A stretch of 64,000 bases of DNA from Candidatus Acidiferrales bacterium (GCA_035631855.1 DASQHY010000107.1:6107-70106); one strand, 5' to 3'. Positions 18,932-28,799 are shown, numbered from the stretch's first letter. Notes: generated from the sequence alone by a model not told the origin. A program made the numbers and translations.

Positions 18932-20033
18932 AGCTTCCATCAGCGAAATGCGCCGCGACACCCGGTCGGACTACATCCATTGGGCCAAGACTCGGGCATC
19001 GGCGCGTTTCAATCTGGCGTCGAGCGGCATCGAGAGTCTGCCGCTGGCGGACCTGCCCGTTCGATGGGAAGACATAGAGCTCTCTCCGCCTGGCGGGTAC
19101 GGATATGCGCCGCTGCAAGAGCGTCTGGCGAAAAATTGCGGCGTGCCCGAGGAATGGGTCGTTGCGGCGACGGGAACTTCCATGGCCAACCATCTGGCCA
19201 TGGCCGGCCTCCTCGAGGCCGGAGATGAAGTGCTGATCGAACAACCGGCCTACGACCCACTGCTGGCCGCAGCAAAATATTTCGGGGCTGCCGTCCGCCG
19301 CTTCCCGCGCTCGTTTGAAAAGCAGTTCCGCGTCGAACCGCGCGAAGTAGAGCGCGCCATTACGCCGAAGACTCGCCTCATCGTCCTCACCAACTTGCAC
19401 AACCCCAGCGGCGCGCGCATTTCCGATGAGACGCTTCGCGAGGTGGGTGAAATGGCGCGCGGATGCGGGGCGCACGTCCTTGTGGATGAGGTCTATCTGG
19501 ATATGCTGTTCGTCGAGCCGGCGCGCTCCGCGATTCATCTGGGCGAGCATTTTGTCATCACCAGCAGCCTGACCAAAGCTTATGGTCTCTCGGGATTGCG
19601 CTGCGGCTGGATTCTGGCCGCACCGCCGCTGGCCGAGCGCATGTGGCGCCTGAAGGATATTTTTGAAAATATTCCCGCCCACATCGCTGAGCGTTTGAGC
19701 GTCATCGCGCTTGACCGCTTGGCGGAGCCCCAAGCGCGTGCGAAGGCACTCCTCGACAAAAATCGGCCGCTCCTCGACCGTTTCCTGGATTCGCGGCGCG
19801 ACCTCGAAGCGGTTCGGCCGCCGGCCGGCACGATCGTTTTTCCACGCCTGCGGCGCGGCTCCGCCGATGACTTTTGCCGGCTTCTGCGCGAGAAATACGA
19901 CACTTCCGTTGTGCCGGGACGCTTCTTCGAAATGCCCGGTCATTTTCGCATCGGCATCGGCGGCGACACCGCGACTCTTGCCGCGGGACTCGAGCGTATC
20001 GGCGCCGCTCTCGACGAATTCCATTCGAAATGA
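18921..20033 (+). CDS. class I/II PLP-dependent aminotransferase
   Basis: 370 aa. LTNLHNPSG and SLTKAYGLSGLRCGW (lysine-containing PLP site pattern). The start overlaps the permease stop by 11 nt. Confidence 0.85.
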   Translation: MHTKASISEMRRDTRSDYIHWAKTRASARFNLASSGIESLPLADLPVRWEDIELSPPGGYGYAPLQERLAKNCGVPEEWVVAATGTSMANHLAMAGLLEAGDEVLIEQPAYDPLLAAAKYFGAAVRRFPRSFEKQFRVEPREVERAITPKTRLIVLTNLHNPSGARISDETLREVGEMARGCGAHVLVDEVYLDMLFVEPARSAIHLGEHFVITSSLTKAYGLSGLRCGWILAAPPLAERMWRLKDIFENIPAHIAERLSVIALDRLAEPQARAKALLDKNRPLLDRFLDSRRDLEAVRPPAGTIVFPRLRRGSADDFCRLLREKYDTSVVPGRFFEMPGHFRIGIGGDTATLAAGLERIGAALDEFHSK

Positions 20034-21022
20034 CAGGCACCGCGGGAAATACGGCTCCGGGGAAGCACACCGTCGCAAACCTGCCGCAACTCATCCTCGA
20101 AGCGCACACGAGAATCCGGCCCGCAGTTCTCGAAACACCCCTCGAATCCGTTCCGGACGTGCTCCCCGGCCTTCCGGTGCGCGTTCTCTTCAAGCTCGAG
20201 AATCTTCAGCGCACCGGCTCGTTCAAACTTCGCGGCGCCACCAACAAAATCCTTTTGTTGACCCCAAAGCAGGCGGCGGATGGTGTGATCGCCGCCTCCA
20301 ACGGCAACCACGGATTGGGCGTTGCGGCCGCGGCAAAAAGCATCGGAGTGACTTCCGAGATTTATGTGTCATCGCAAATCTCGCCGTCGAAAGCCAAACA
20401 CATCGAAGAGTATGGCGCGCGAGTCCGCGTCGTGGGCAAAGACCCGCTCGAGGCGGAACTTGCGGCGCGCGAAGCAGCGAAGAAGTCCGGGAAGGTTTTC
20501 ATCTCTCCCTATAACGACCTGGACGTTATCGCCGGCCAGGGGACCATCGCCGTCGAGATGCATGTGCAAGCGCCGGACCTCGACGCCGTTTTTGTTGCCG
20601 TGGGTGGAGGTGGACTCATCAGCGGAATTGGCTCCTACTTGAAATCGGTTTCGCCGCGCACCGAAATCGTCGGCTGCTGGCCTGAGAATTCCCGAGTGCT
20701 TTACGAATCGATCAAAGCGGGGCGTATTCTGAACGTTCCCGAGCAACCCACCCTTTCGGAGAGCACCGCCGGGGGGCTCGAGCCAGAATCCATCACTCTG
20801 GATATCGCGAGAAAAGTGATCGACCACTCTGCGCTCGTCTCCGAAGAAGAAATCCTGGCGGCCATGCGCCGCGTGCGATCTCTGAAGGGATGGGTCATCG
20901 AAGGAGCCGCGGCCGTAGCGCTGGCCGCGTTCTTAAAGGACGCGCCTCGCTATCGCGGCAAGACCCTCGCCGTCGTCATCTGCGGCGGCAACCTGTCCCC
21001 CGAGGTCCTGCGCCAACTCTAA
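20030..21022 (+). CDS. threonine/serine dehydratase family PLP enzyme (fold type II)
   Basis: GSFKLRGA PLP-lysine motif, ASNGNHG, glycine loop GGGGLISG. ATG 20030 overlaps the aminotransferase stop (ATGA). The track ORF extends spuriously upstream to 19874. Confidence 0.85.
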   Translation: MTGTAGNTAPGKHTVANLPQLILEAHTRIRPAVLETPLESVPDVLPGLPVRVLFKLENLQRTGSFKLRGATNKILLLTPKQAADGVIAASNGNHGLGVAAAAKSIGVTSEIYVSSQISPSKAKHIEEYGARVRVVGKDPLEAELAAREAAKKSGKVFISPYNDLDVIAGQGTIAVEMHVQAPDLDAVFVAVGGGGLISGIGSYLKSVSPRTEIVGCWPENSRVLYESIKAGRILNVPEQPTLSESTAGGLEPESITLDIARKVIDHSALVSEEEILAAMRRVRSLKGWVIEGAAAVALAAFLKDAPRYRGKTLAVVICGGNLSPEVLRQL

Positions 21023-21070
21023 TGGAATCGTCACTGCTGAGCGAGCGTTCTTTGCGAGCGAACGAGGGTG

Positions 21071-21093
21071 AGAGGAGTCACTTCTCTGTTTCT
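21071..21093 (+). terminator. candidate intrinsic terminator after the dehydratase gene
   Basis: AGAGGA-GTCAC-TTCTCT hairpin (6 bp including one G-U pair), followed by the U-rich GTTTCT. Confidence 0.35.
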
Positions 21094-21165
21094 ATATCCT
21101 CAATCTTCCTTATCTCCTCTATCTCCTCTTCACAAAGATGAGGTATGATGAGATAGATTTTGACC

Positions 21166-22164
21166 ATGAACCGGATTTCCAAACGCGAGGGCGAGTTGCC
21201 TAAACAAGTAGCGAACGGAAAGGTTCTTCTCCGTGTGAGGCCGCGCGGGTTTTGCGCCGGCGTAGTGCGCGCGGTGGACATTGTCGAGCTGGCGCTGGAG
21301 GCCTACGGCTCGCCGGTGTACGTCCACCACGAGATTGTGCACAACCGCTATGTGGTGGACCAACTGCGCCAGCGCGGCGCCATCTTCGTGGAGACCCTCG
21401 AAGAAGTTCCCACGGGCGCGGTGCTGGTTTTCAGCGCCCACGGCGTTCCGCCGACGGTTCGCGACATCGCCAAGGACCGCGAACTCCGCGTGATTGATGC
21501 GACGTGCCCACTGGTGACCAAGGTGCATCTGGAAGCGCTGCGATTTGCCCGCGAGAAGCGCACCATCATCCTCATCGGCCATCGCGACCATCAGGAAATC
21601 GTCGGCACATCGGGCGAGGCTCCGGAGCAGACCATCGTCGTGGATTCGGTCGAGGCCGTGGACCAACTTCAGGTGGATGACCCCGGCAAGCTGGCGTTTT
21701 TGACGCAGACCACCCTGAGCCTCTACGACACCCAGGAGATTGTCGCGCGGCTTCGCCAGAAGTTTCCGGACATTGTCGGGCCGGCCAGCGACGACATCTG
21801 CTATGCCACGCAGAACCGCCAGGAAGCGGTCGAGCAGCTTGCCAAGGACGTGGATTTGATCCTGGTGGTGGGCTCTCCGAACAGCTCGAACTCGAATCGC
21901 CTGGTGGAAGTGGCCAAGCGCTCCGGCGTGGAAGCGCGGCTGATTGATGAGGCGCGCGACATTGATCCGGCGTGGCTCGCAGGCGTTCAGCGCGTCGGCT
22001 TGACCGCGGGGGCGTCAGCCCCGGAAGTGCTCGTCGAACAGGTCAACGAGCGGCTGGCGGCGTTCGGCTACACCGACCAGCGCGATTTGGATTTGATTCG
22101 TGAAGACGTGCGCTTCACGTTGCCGCCGGAGCTGGCGACCATCGCGCCGGCCAGACAGGGCTGA
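21166..22164 (+). CDS. ispH: 4-hydroxy-3-methylbut-2-enyl diphosphate reductase
   Basis: PRGFCAGVVRAV, VHHEIVHN, SAHGV, DATCPLV, GHRDHQE, TQTT and SSNSNRL are the IspH/LytB signature blocks with three cluster cysteines. The track start is TTG 21160. ATG 21166 is more likely. Confidence 0.93.
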   Translation: MNRISKREGELPKQVANGKVLLRVRPRGFCAGVVRAVDIVELALEAYGSPVYVHHEIVHNRYVVDQLRQRGAIFVETLEEVPTGAVLVFSAHGVPPTVRDIAKDRELRVIDATCPLVTKVHLEALRFAREKRTIILIGHRDHQEIVGTSGEAPEQTIVVDSVEAVDQLQVDDPGKLAFLTQTTLSLYDTQEIVARLRQKFPDIVGPASDDICYATQNRQEAVEQLAKDVDLILVVGSPNSSNSNRLVEVAKRSGVEARLIDEARDIDPAWLAGVQRVGLTAGASAPEVLVEQVNERLAAFGYTDQRDLDLIREDVRFTLPPELATIAPARQG

Positions 22165-22271
22165 TCGGGGGCAGGAGAGGCGAGCGTTCCGATCCTGCAA
22201 GCCCTGAGCAAAACGCCGCGCGGTGACGCGGTAACGCAAAAAACCGGTCCAGCAAGAAACAAGGAGCAACT

Positions 22272-23336
22272 TTGGCGGTCAAGATTATCCGTCAGCCGAA
22301 GAAGATTGCCTTGATTGGCGCGCCCTCCAGCGCCGCGGCTTTCGCGCCGGGGCACGAACGAGCGCCTGCGGCCTTGCGCGCCGCGGGTCTGGCCGAGCGG
22401 CTCGTGGCTGCGGGATTCGAAGTGGCCGACATGGGTGATTGCGCGCCCCAGGCCTTCGCCGACGACGACGAGCATCCTCGCGCGAGGAACCTCCCGGCAA
22501 TTGTGGCCGGCCTGAACGACCTGCGTCCCCGCGTGGAGCTCGCGGTAAAGTCGGGGGCACTGGTGATTGTGCTGGGCGGAGAATGCGTGCAGGCGCTCGC
22601 CACACTTGCGGGCGTGCGCCGCTACTACAAACACGTAGCGTTGATGTGGATGGACCGCCACGCGGATTTGAACACACCGGGGTCGACTCCTTCGGGGCGT
22701 CTGGATGGCATGGCGGTTGCGCACATCGTGGGCCGCGGGGCCGCGGAACTCGTGCGTTTCTGGGGCGAGCCGCCTCTGGTTCGCGAGCCGGAAGTCACCC
22801 TGTTTGGTCTGGAGGACCTTGACGCGCCCGAGCAGGAATTTCTGAAGCGCTCGCCCATGCGGCGTTACCTGGCGTCGGATGTGCAACGCATGGGCGCGGC
22901 AGCCGCTGCGCAGCAGGCGCTCGAGCGCATGCACGCCGGCGCACATGAATTCGTGCTGCACTTTGATGTGGACGTCATCGCGCAGGAAGATTTTCCCGCG
23001 GTAGATGTGCCGGGTTCTGGCGGATTGCGGATCGGAGAAGTGGGCGAAGCTCTTAAGGTATTCCTGGGAGCGAAGAATCTTGCCGGGATGGAAATCACGG
23101 AATACAACCCGGAGAAAGATCCCGACGGCGCCGCCGCAAAAACCCTGGTGGATTTGCTCGTGAGGGCACTGTCCGCCAGACTCGAAGTGCAAACGGCGCC
23201 TCCTGTTGAAACGCAAACTTCTGCTTCAGCGGAAACGCAAACGGCTCCTCCAGCCGAGACGCCGAGCGAGCCTGCCGCGGAGAAACCTTCGGAGCCCGAG
23301 ACCGCGGAAGGCGCCACTCCTTCCGGTAATTCGTAA
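22272..23336 (+). CDS. arginase/agmatinase/formiminoglutamase family metallohydrolase with low-complexity C-terminal tail
   Basis: Metal-binding motifs DRHADLN, HFDVDV and EITEYNP. TTG start preceded by AAGGAG. The tail is Q/T/A/P/E rich. Confidence 0.8.
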   Translation: MAVKIIRQPKKIALIGAPSSAAAFAPGHERAPAALRAAGLAERLVAAGFEVADMGDCAPQAFADDDEHPRARNLPAIVAGLNDLRPRVELAVKSGALVIVLGGECVQALATLAGVRRYYKHVALMWMDRHADLNTPGSTPSGRLDGMAVAHIVGRGAAELVRFWGEPPLVREPEVTLFGLEDLDAPEQEFLKRSPMRRYLASDVQRMGAAAAAQQALERMHAGAHEFVLHFDVDVIAQEDFPAVDVPGSGGLRIGEVGEALKVFLGAKNLAGMEITEYNPEKDPDGAAAKTLVDLLVRALSARLEVQTAPPVETQTSASAETQTAPPAETPSEPAAEKPSEPETAEGATPSGNS

Positions 23337-23381
23337 TTCTCTCCCATTTCCTTCGCAGCTTCGGCGTGGCACACTCATGCC

Positions 23382-24548
23382 ATGGCTGAGCCGTTCCCTC
23401 AGACAAATTTCAAAGAAAGAAAAAACCGAGCGGGGCGAAGACTTTCGCGGGCCATGTTCCTCGCGCTCTCCGCTGTGGCGTGCGCGCTGTCCGGCTGCTC
23501 GATCCATGTCAATCCGGCCTGGAAGCCGCCGAAACCTTCCGGACCTGCGCAACCCGTCGAGTTGTTCTACGTGACGGATCGCAAAGAGGCCGGCAAATCC
23601 CAGGACGCGAAGGCCAAGCGCGCTGCCGGGAAAGCGCAATATGCAACCGACCGATCCTGGGAAGGCGAATTGTCCTTCGGATTGATGACTGCCTGCATTC
23701 CCGGCAACCACCAAATCGGAGAGTATCTTCGTGTCACGCCACGATTCGGCTGCGAAGATGTCCCCGGAGTCACTCCGGGAGCCGTTTCGCAGGAGCGCGG
23801 CGAATTCTTCCGCTCGATTGCCGCGCGGCTCGAGCCGATGCCGCGAAAACAGATCTTTGTGTTTGTACACGGCTACGATTTCGAGTTCGGCGAGGCCGCG
23901 CTCTGGGCCGCGCAGTTGAAGGCGGACCTGGGCTTTTCGGGAGTAGCGGTTTTCTATAGCTGGCCTTCGCTGGCGAGCAGGCTGCGGTATTCCGCAGACG
24001 AGAACAACGCGGAATGGAGCACCCTTCACTTGCAGAGGTTTCTCGAAGAGTTGGCCGCGCGCGCGCCGGGGAGCGCCATCCACTTGATTGGGCACAGCCT
24101 GGGATGCCGCGCTTTGCTCCGCGCGCTCGACGGCATCGCCAAGGAGAAGTCGGAAGCGCCGGTGCGCATGTTTGCTCAGATCATCTTCGCCGCGCCGGAC
24201 GTGGATTCGGACGTGTTCCGGCAACTCGCTCCGAGCGCCGTGCGCCTGGGCGAGCGCGTCACGCTGTACACTTCAGCACAGGATCGGGCGCTGGGGACTT
24301 CGGGACATCTGCACGGCTATCCGCGCGCGGGCGATTCGGAATATGAACTGGTCCTTCTGCCAGGCGTAGATACGATTGACGCCACAGCGGTGTCCAATAG
24401 CCGTATGCACCACGACTATTTCCTGGATCGGCGAGAAATGCTCGCGGACATTTTCCAGTTGCTGGAGAACAGAACGCCGCCGGAGCGGAGATTTGCGCTT
24501 CGCCGCGTGCAGGTGAAGGACGGAGTGTACTGGCGGATTGCGCTGTAA
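23382..24548 (+). CDS. alpha/beta hydrolase, DUF900-like lipoprotein
   Basis: Lipobox ALSGCS. FVFVHGYDFEF, and the GHSLG nucleophile elbow within IHLIGHSLGCRALL. Confidence 0.75.
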   Translation: MAEPFPQTNFKERKNRAGRRLSRAMFLALSAVACALSGCSIHVNPAWKPPKPSGPAQPVELFYVTDRKEAGKSQDAKAKRAAGKAQYATDRSWEGELSFGLMTACIPGNHQIGEYLRVTPRFGCEDVPGVTPGAVSQERGEFFRSIAARLEPMPRKQIFVFVHGYDFEFGEAALWAAQLKADLGFSGVAVFYSWPSLASRLRYSADENNAEWSTLHLQRFLEELAARAPGSAIHLIGHSLGCRALLRALDGIAKEKSEAPVRMFAQIIFAAPDVDSDVFRQLAPSAVRLGERVTLYTSAQDRALGTSGHLHGYPRAGDSEYELVLLPGVDTIDATAVSNSRMHHDYFLDRREMLADIFQLLENRTPPERRFALRRVQVKDGVYWRIAL

Positions 24549-24551
24549 CGC

Positions 24552-25469
24552 TTATTGAGGCTGGCGTTTGCGCCAATAGCGGGCCAGACCGAGCCAGCTC
24601 AAAGCGAGGCCGCCGGTGTTGGCGTAGCTGGAGATTTCCGCCTCCGGGAGATGGCCTCGCATGTCTTCGGAGGCGCGCGCGACGAACTGCGCCGAACGCG
24701 CGGGGTCTTCCTCGTTGTTCTGCAAGGATTCGCGGACAATCTCGGCCCACCATTCCAGACGTGTCATGTGTTCCCGGAGATGATTGAGCGGATCGGGCGC
24801 AAAGCCGAAGTGTGTAACAAAGAGCATGGCCGGCTGGACAGAGCGAATGAGCGCGACACTCACGTGCCAGGTCTCCAGGTCGATGTCCGGCGGCGGCGTA
24901 ACGGGCATTACAAAGGGTTGGCCGGCGATGCGGATCCCGGCCGTGTCACCGACGAAGGCGATGCCACACGCGCTGTCTATGTAGCTGACATGATGGGAGG
25001 CGTGGCCTGGGGTGTAAAGAACACCCAGATCGCGGGTGCCGATGGAGACTTTCTCCCCACCCTTGAGCACGCGGAGATTTTCTCGCGGAACCGGAACAAA
25101 CTCCCCATACAACTTGTGCATGGCATCCCCGTAAAGACGCGCGGCGCTGCTCAAGAGCTTGACGGGATCGGCCATGTGCGGAGCGCCCTTTTCGTGAACG
25201 TATACCGCAAGCCGCGGATTCTCGCGCACCAGCGTGCCGGTGGCGCCGGCGTGATCGAAGTGGATGTGCGTAAGGAGAATGGCGTCGAGGTCGCCGACGG
25301 AAACTCCTTGAGCAGCAAGGCCTGCGCGCAGCGCCGGCAGCGTCGATTCAGGGCCGGGGTCTACCACGGCGAGAGCGGAAGGGCTGCGAAGCAGACACGC
25401 AGCGATGCCCCGAGGGTGGCCAAGGAAATTTACGTCAATGGGGATTGTGTCGGCTGCAAAATCATTCAT
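24552..25469 (-). CDS. MBL-fold metallo-hydrolase
   Basis: 305 aa. The HxHxDH motif (THIHFDHAG) plus downstream His/Asp ligands (TPGHASHH). Convergent with the previous gene, with only a 3-nt gap. Confidence 0.85.
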   Translation of the reverse strand: MNDFAADTIPIDVNFLGHPRGIAACLLRSPSALAVVDPGPESTLPALRAGLAAQGVSVGDLDAILLTHIHFDHAGATGTLVRENPRLAVYVHEKGAPHMADPVKLLSSAARLYGDAMHKLYGEFVPVPRENLRVLKGGEKVSIGTRDLGVLYTPGHASHHVSYIDSACGIAFVGDTAGIRIAGQPFVMPVTPPPDIDLETWHVSVALIRSVQPAMLFVTHFGFAPDPLNHLREHMTRLEWWAEIVRESLQNNEEDPARSAQFVARASEDMRGHLPEAEISSYANTGGLALSWLGLARYWRKRQPQ

Positions 25470-25550
25470 GGATAATTCACGTACGAGTATCCTAGCGTGC
25501 GCCGTCCGCGGAGGTCAATTGCGCAATGGCACAGGCATGAGACTCCGGGG

Positions 25551-25567
25551 AAAAGGCGTCGCGCGCC
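25551..25567 (-). terminator. small GC hairpin plus U-run downstream of tRNA-Leu
   Basis: The minus strand reads GGCG-CGCGA-CGCC-UUUU, about 20 nt after the tRNA 3' end. Confidence 0.35.
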
Positions 25568-25587
25568 GTTCGAAGGGGACAATCGAA

Positions 25588-25676
25588 TGGTGCGGCTGGT
25601 CGGAGTCGAACCGACAACGGGGAAAATCCCCAGCGGATTTTAAGCCCGCCGCGTATGCCAATTTCGCCACAGCCGC
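25588..25676 (-). tRNA. tRNA-Leu, anticodon UAA (type II, long variable arm, CCA encoded)
   Basis: Manual cloverleaf. Acceptor GCGGCUG/CAGCCGC. Anticodon stem GCGGG/UCCGC with loop CUUAAAA. Variable arm GGGG-AUUUU-CCCC. T arm GUCGG-UUCGACU-CCGAC. Discriminator A, then CCA. Confidence 0.9.
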
Positions 25677-25795
25677 ACCGCGCTACGCGGCAGCAACAGC
25701 TTACCATGCCCTCCATCACAGGAAACAGCTCCGATCGGCACTGCAAGCCAAATCTCCGCCAGCGCGGGGGGCAGGATGAAAGTGCTCGAAAAGAT

Positions 25796-28399
25796 TCAGA
25801 GTTGCTTTTCCAATGATTCCGCCACCGCGGATTGCAGCGCGGAACTGAGCTTGGCGCCTTGCGCGGTCAGATAGAAAACGTCAATTGCCTTCTGACCTTC
25901 GGTATCAATCAGTGCGACCTCGATATTGCAGCCCTGCGCGGCAAGAACTGAGCCAATTCGATGAAGAAGGCCGGGACGATCCTGCGCGATGATTTCGAGC
26001 AGCGTGCTGTGGGAGGAGCAAGAGTCGTCGAAGCGGACCTCGGTGGGGACGCGAACCTTGGGCGGACGCTGGCGGGCGTGAGCAATGCGGCCTCGCAGCA
26101 ACGGTTCGAGGAGTTGTTTCCCGGAAATCACGTCGGCAAGACTCTGCTGGAAACGGGAGGTTTCCGAGGGATTGAGTTCAAGCGTGCGATGGAGATCCTC
26201 GAAATGAAACGTGTCGAGAACGATCCCCGCGGAGTTGCTGAAGGCCTCCGCCTTGACGATGTTCATTCCCCACGCGGCCAATGTGCCCGCAATCGTCGCG
26301 AAGAGAGCGGGCCGGTCGGAGGTGGTGACGGTGAGTTCGAAGAAGCGGCGATGATGGTGGAGTTGGGTTTGCACGGGGCTTTGCCCCAGCCCGAGAGAAA
26401 GCGAATAGTGCGCGGCGATTTTTTCCGGGGTGTGGGTTGCAAGATAGCGCTGGGGAAACCCCTCGAGGAAGGATTCGATGGACCAGCGCGAGGGCTTGCC
26501 CGGAACATGAGCGAGGACGCTGTCCACCAGAGAAGTTTGCGCGCCGGCATGCACGCGGTCGCGGTCGAGGCTGCGGTTGAGGTGATTCGACGTCGCCGCG
26601 TACAACTGCCAGAGCATTTCGGCCTTCCAGGGGGTCAGGGCTTCGGGATTGACGGCCTGGATGTCCGCAAAAGTGAGAAGGGTGAGCAGGGCCAGGCGGC
26701 CGGGTGAACTCATTTTTTCGGCGAAAGTTTGAATCGTCTCGGAGTCGAAAATATCGCGGCGAAGGAGCGTGGCGGACATATCGAGATGGCGGGAGATGAG
26801 GAAGCGAACGTCTTCGCGCTCCTCGTCATCGAGTCCGAGGCGCGCGAAAACTTGCTCCACGGCATGGAGGCTTCCTTCGATGTGGTTGTCGAAGGGAAGA
26901 CCCTTGCCAACGTCATGGTAGAGGAGGGCGAGAAGCAAAAGTTCGGGGCGTTCGAGTTGGGAAAGAATTTCGGCAAAGCGCCGCTCCCATTCGTTCTCGG
27001 GGCGGCGCAGCCGCTCCAGATTTTCAATGGTGCGAAGGGAGTGCTCGTCCACGGTATAGCGGTGGTAAAAATCGCGGACCACCAGCGCGTCAATCGCGCG
27101 AAACTCAGGAAAAATGCGCACGAGAAGCCCGAGCTGGTGCATGGCGCGCAACACCGCGACGGGAAAGGGGGCGGCGAGGATGTCCGACAGCGCAGGCCAC
27201 AGCGAGGGGGATTGCCAATCGGCGTCGGCTTGCGTGCGAAGAATCTCCGTGATCCGGCGTTCGGCCTCGCGGCTCAAGCGCAGACCCTCGCGAGCCAGAA
27301 ACAGGAACAAGTCCAGCAGCGAGGCAGGATCGCGTAACCTGGCGGGATTGCGCACATCAACGCGCCCGCGAAGAACCGTGCAGCCGGGGTGCGCAAAATG
27401 CGATCTCCACTGCAAGAACCTTTCCACGAAAGAAACGCGGGGGGCGAGCGACTCGTCAAGCAAGCGAAGGACCAGGCGGTTCAGGGTACGTGCATGGCGG
27501 AAATAGACGCGCATCCACCCCGCAGGGTCTTGCCGGGCCGCGGGGGAATGGCCGAGGCCGCGAGCGGCGGCCGCGTCCTGGAGTTCGTAGGTGAGGACGT
27601 TGTCATCGCGGCCATGATGAAAGTGCAGGAAGCAACGAATGGCGGCGAGGAAATCGAGGGCGGCGTCGCAGGCGGCGCGAAGTTCCGGCGGCGTGAGTTG
27701 CTCGAGGGGATTCGCGGCGCCGCCCAGACGCAGCAGCCAGCAGGCGGCATCGAAGTCGCGGAGGCCCCCGGGGGCCTCTTTGACATTGGGTTCGAGATGA
27801 AAAATGGTGTTGCCGTGTTTGGCGTGGCGCTGAGCGGTCAGGTCAGCAAGCGTTTCAATGAGGTGGCGGCGCGAGCGGTGAAGGGCTTGGGGAAGACTCC
27901 CGGCTTGCAGGCGGGTTAACAATTCTTCATCGCCGCACAGAAAGCGGCTGTCGAGCAGTGAGAAATGGAACTCGACATTATCGGGCTGAACCACAGCGCA
28001 TTCCTCGAGGGTCCGGGCAGTGGGGCTGACCCGGAAATGCAAATCCCACAGGATGCGGGCAAGCTCGGCAACGGCGGGCTTGCTCTCCGCCTCGGCGGCT
28101 TCACTTTCGAAGAGGAAGAGAAGGTCAATATCGGAACAGGGGAACAGCATCCGCCGGCCATACCCGCCGATGGCGACCATGCAGCGCTTCGCGGGCGGAG
28201 CGGCGGAAAAACAATGCCGGGCGAGCTGCGCGATGAGGGTGTCGGCGAGCCGGCAGCGCTGGGCCAACGCGGCCCGGCCGTCTCCAGAGGATTCAAACGC
28301 CCGGCGGATCTTCGCGGTTTCTTCGGCGCAGAATGCAGCGAGGTCAGGAAGCGAAGAGATGGCAGGCATGCGAAATCGTTCCGGATACCCAGCGCGCAA
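25796..28399 (-). CDS. glnD: [protein-PII] uridylyltransferase / uridylyl-removing enzyme
   Basis: 867 aa. Nucleotidyltransferase motif GGYGRRMLFPCSDIDLLF, HD domain LLYHDVGKG, two C-terminal ACT domains. The start is either TTG 28399 or ATG 28369. Confidence 0.9.
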   Translation of the reverse strand: MRAGYPERFRMPAISSLPDLAAFCAEETAKIRRAFESSGDGRAALAQRCRLADTLIAQLARHCFSAAPPAKRCMVAIGGYGRRMLFPCSDIDLLFLFESEAAEAESKPAVAELARILWDLHFRVSPTARTLEECAVVQPDNVEFHFSLLDSRFLCGDEELLTRLQAGSLPQALHRSRRHLIETLADLTAQRHAKHGNTIFHLEPNVKEAPGGLRDFDAACWLLRLGGAANPLEQLTPPELRAACDAALDFLAAIRCFLHFHHGRDDNVLTYELQDAAAARGLGHSPAARQDPAGWMRVYFRHARTLNRLVLRLLDESLAPRVSFVERFLQWRSHFAHPGCTVLRGRVDVRNPARLRDPASLLDLFLFLAREGLRLSREAERRITEILRTQADADWQSPSLWPALSDILAAPFPVAVLRAMHQLGLLVRIFPEFRAIDALVVRDFYHRYTVDEHSLRTIENLERLRRPENEWERRFAEILSQLERPELLLLALLYHDVGKGLPFDNHIEGSLHAVEQVFARLGLDDEEREDVRFLISRHLDMSATLLRRDIFDSETIQTFAEKMSSPGRLALLTLLTFADIQAVNPEALTPWKAEMLWQLYAATSNHLNRSLDRDRVHAGAQTSLVDSVLAHVPGKPSRWSIESFLEGFPQRYLATHTPEKIAAHYSLSLGLGQSPVQTQLHHHRRFFELTVTTSDRPALFATIAGTLAAWGMNIVKAEAFSNSAGIVLDTFHFEDLHRTLELNPSETSRFQQSLADVISGKQLLEPLLRGRIAHARQRPPKVRVPTEVRFDDSCSSHSTLLEIIAQDRPGLLHRIGSVLAAQGCNIEVALIDTEGQKAIDVFYLTAQGAKLSSALQSAVAESLEKQL

Positions 28400-28402
28400 A
28401 CC

Positions 28403-28741
28403 CTAGAGCGCGCTCTCGCCGCGGTCGTCGTTGCGGATGCGGATGGCTTCCTCCACGCGCGACAGGAAAATTTTGCCGTCGCCAATCTTTCCCGTTTTCG
28501 CGGATTTCAGAATGGTATCGACGGCGGATTGCACGAGATGGTCGGGCAAAACCATTTCCAGTTTGATCTTGGGGAGCAGGTCCACGGTGTATTCGCGGCC
28601 GCGATACACTTCCGTGTGGCCCTTTTGGCGGCCGTGGCCGCGCACTTCGGAAACGGTCATGCCCTCAACGCCGATTTCCCGCAGGGCGTCCTTTACGGAT
28701 TCAAACCGCGACGGCTGAATGATGGCTTCAAGTCTGGTCAT
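28403..28741 (-). CDS. glnK: P-II nitrogen regulatory protein
   Basis: 112 aa. The T-loop GHGRQKGHTEVYRGREY contains the uridylylatable Tyr. TGKIGDGKIF is the B-loop. Called glnK because it is adjacent to amtB. Confidence 0.95.
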   Translation of the reverse strand: MTRLEAIIQPSRFESVKDALREIGVEGMTVSEVRGHGRQKGHTEVYRGREYTVDLLPKIKLEMVLPDHLVQSAVDTILKSAKTGKIGDGKIFLSRVEEAIRIRNDDRGESAL

Positions 28742-28799
28742 GGCAGATTATCCTTCGCCCAAACAGCGGGAGCGGAAGAGTTGGTCCCGGCAGCGCCGG

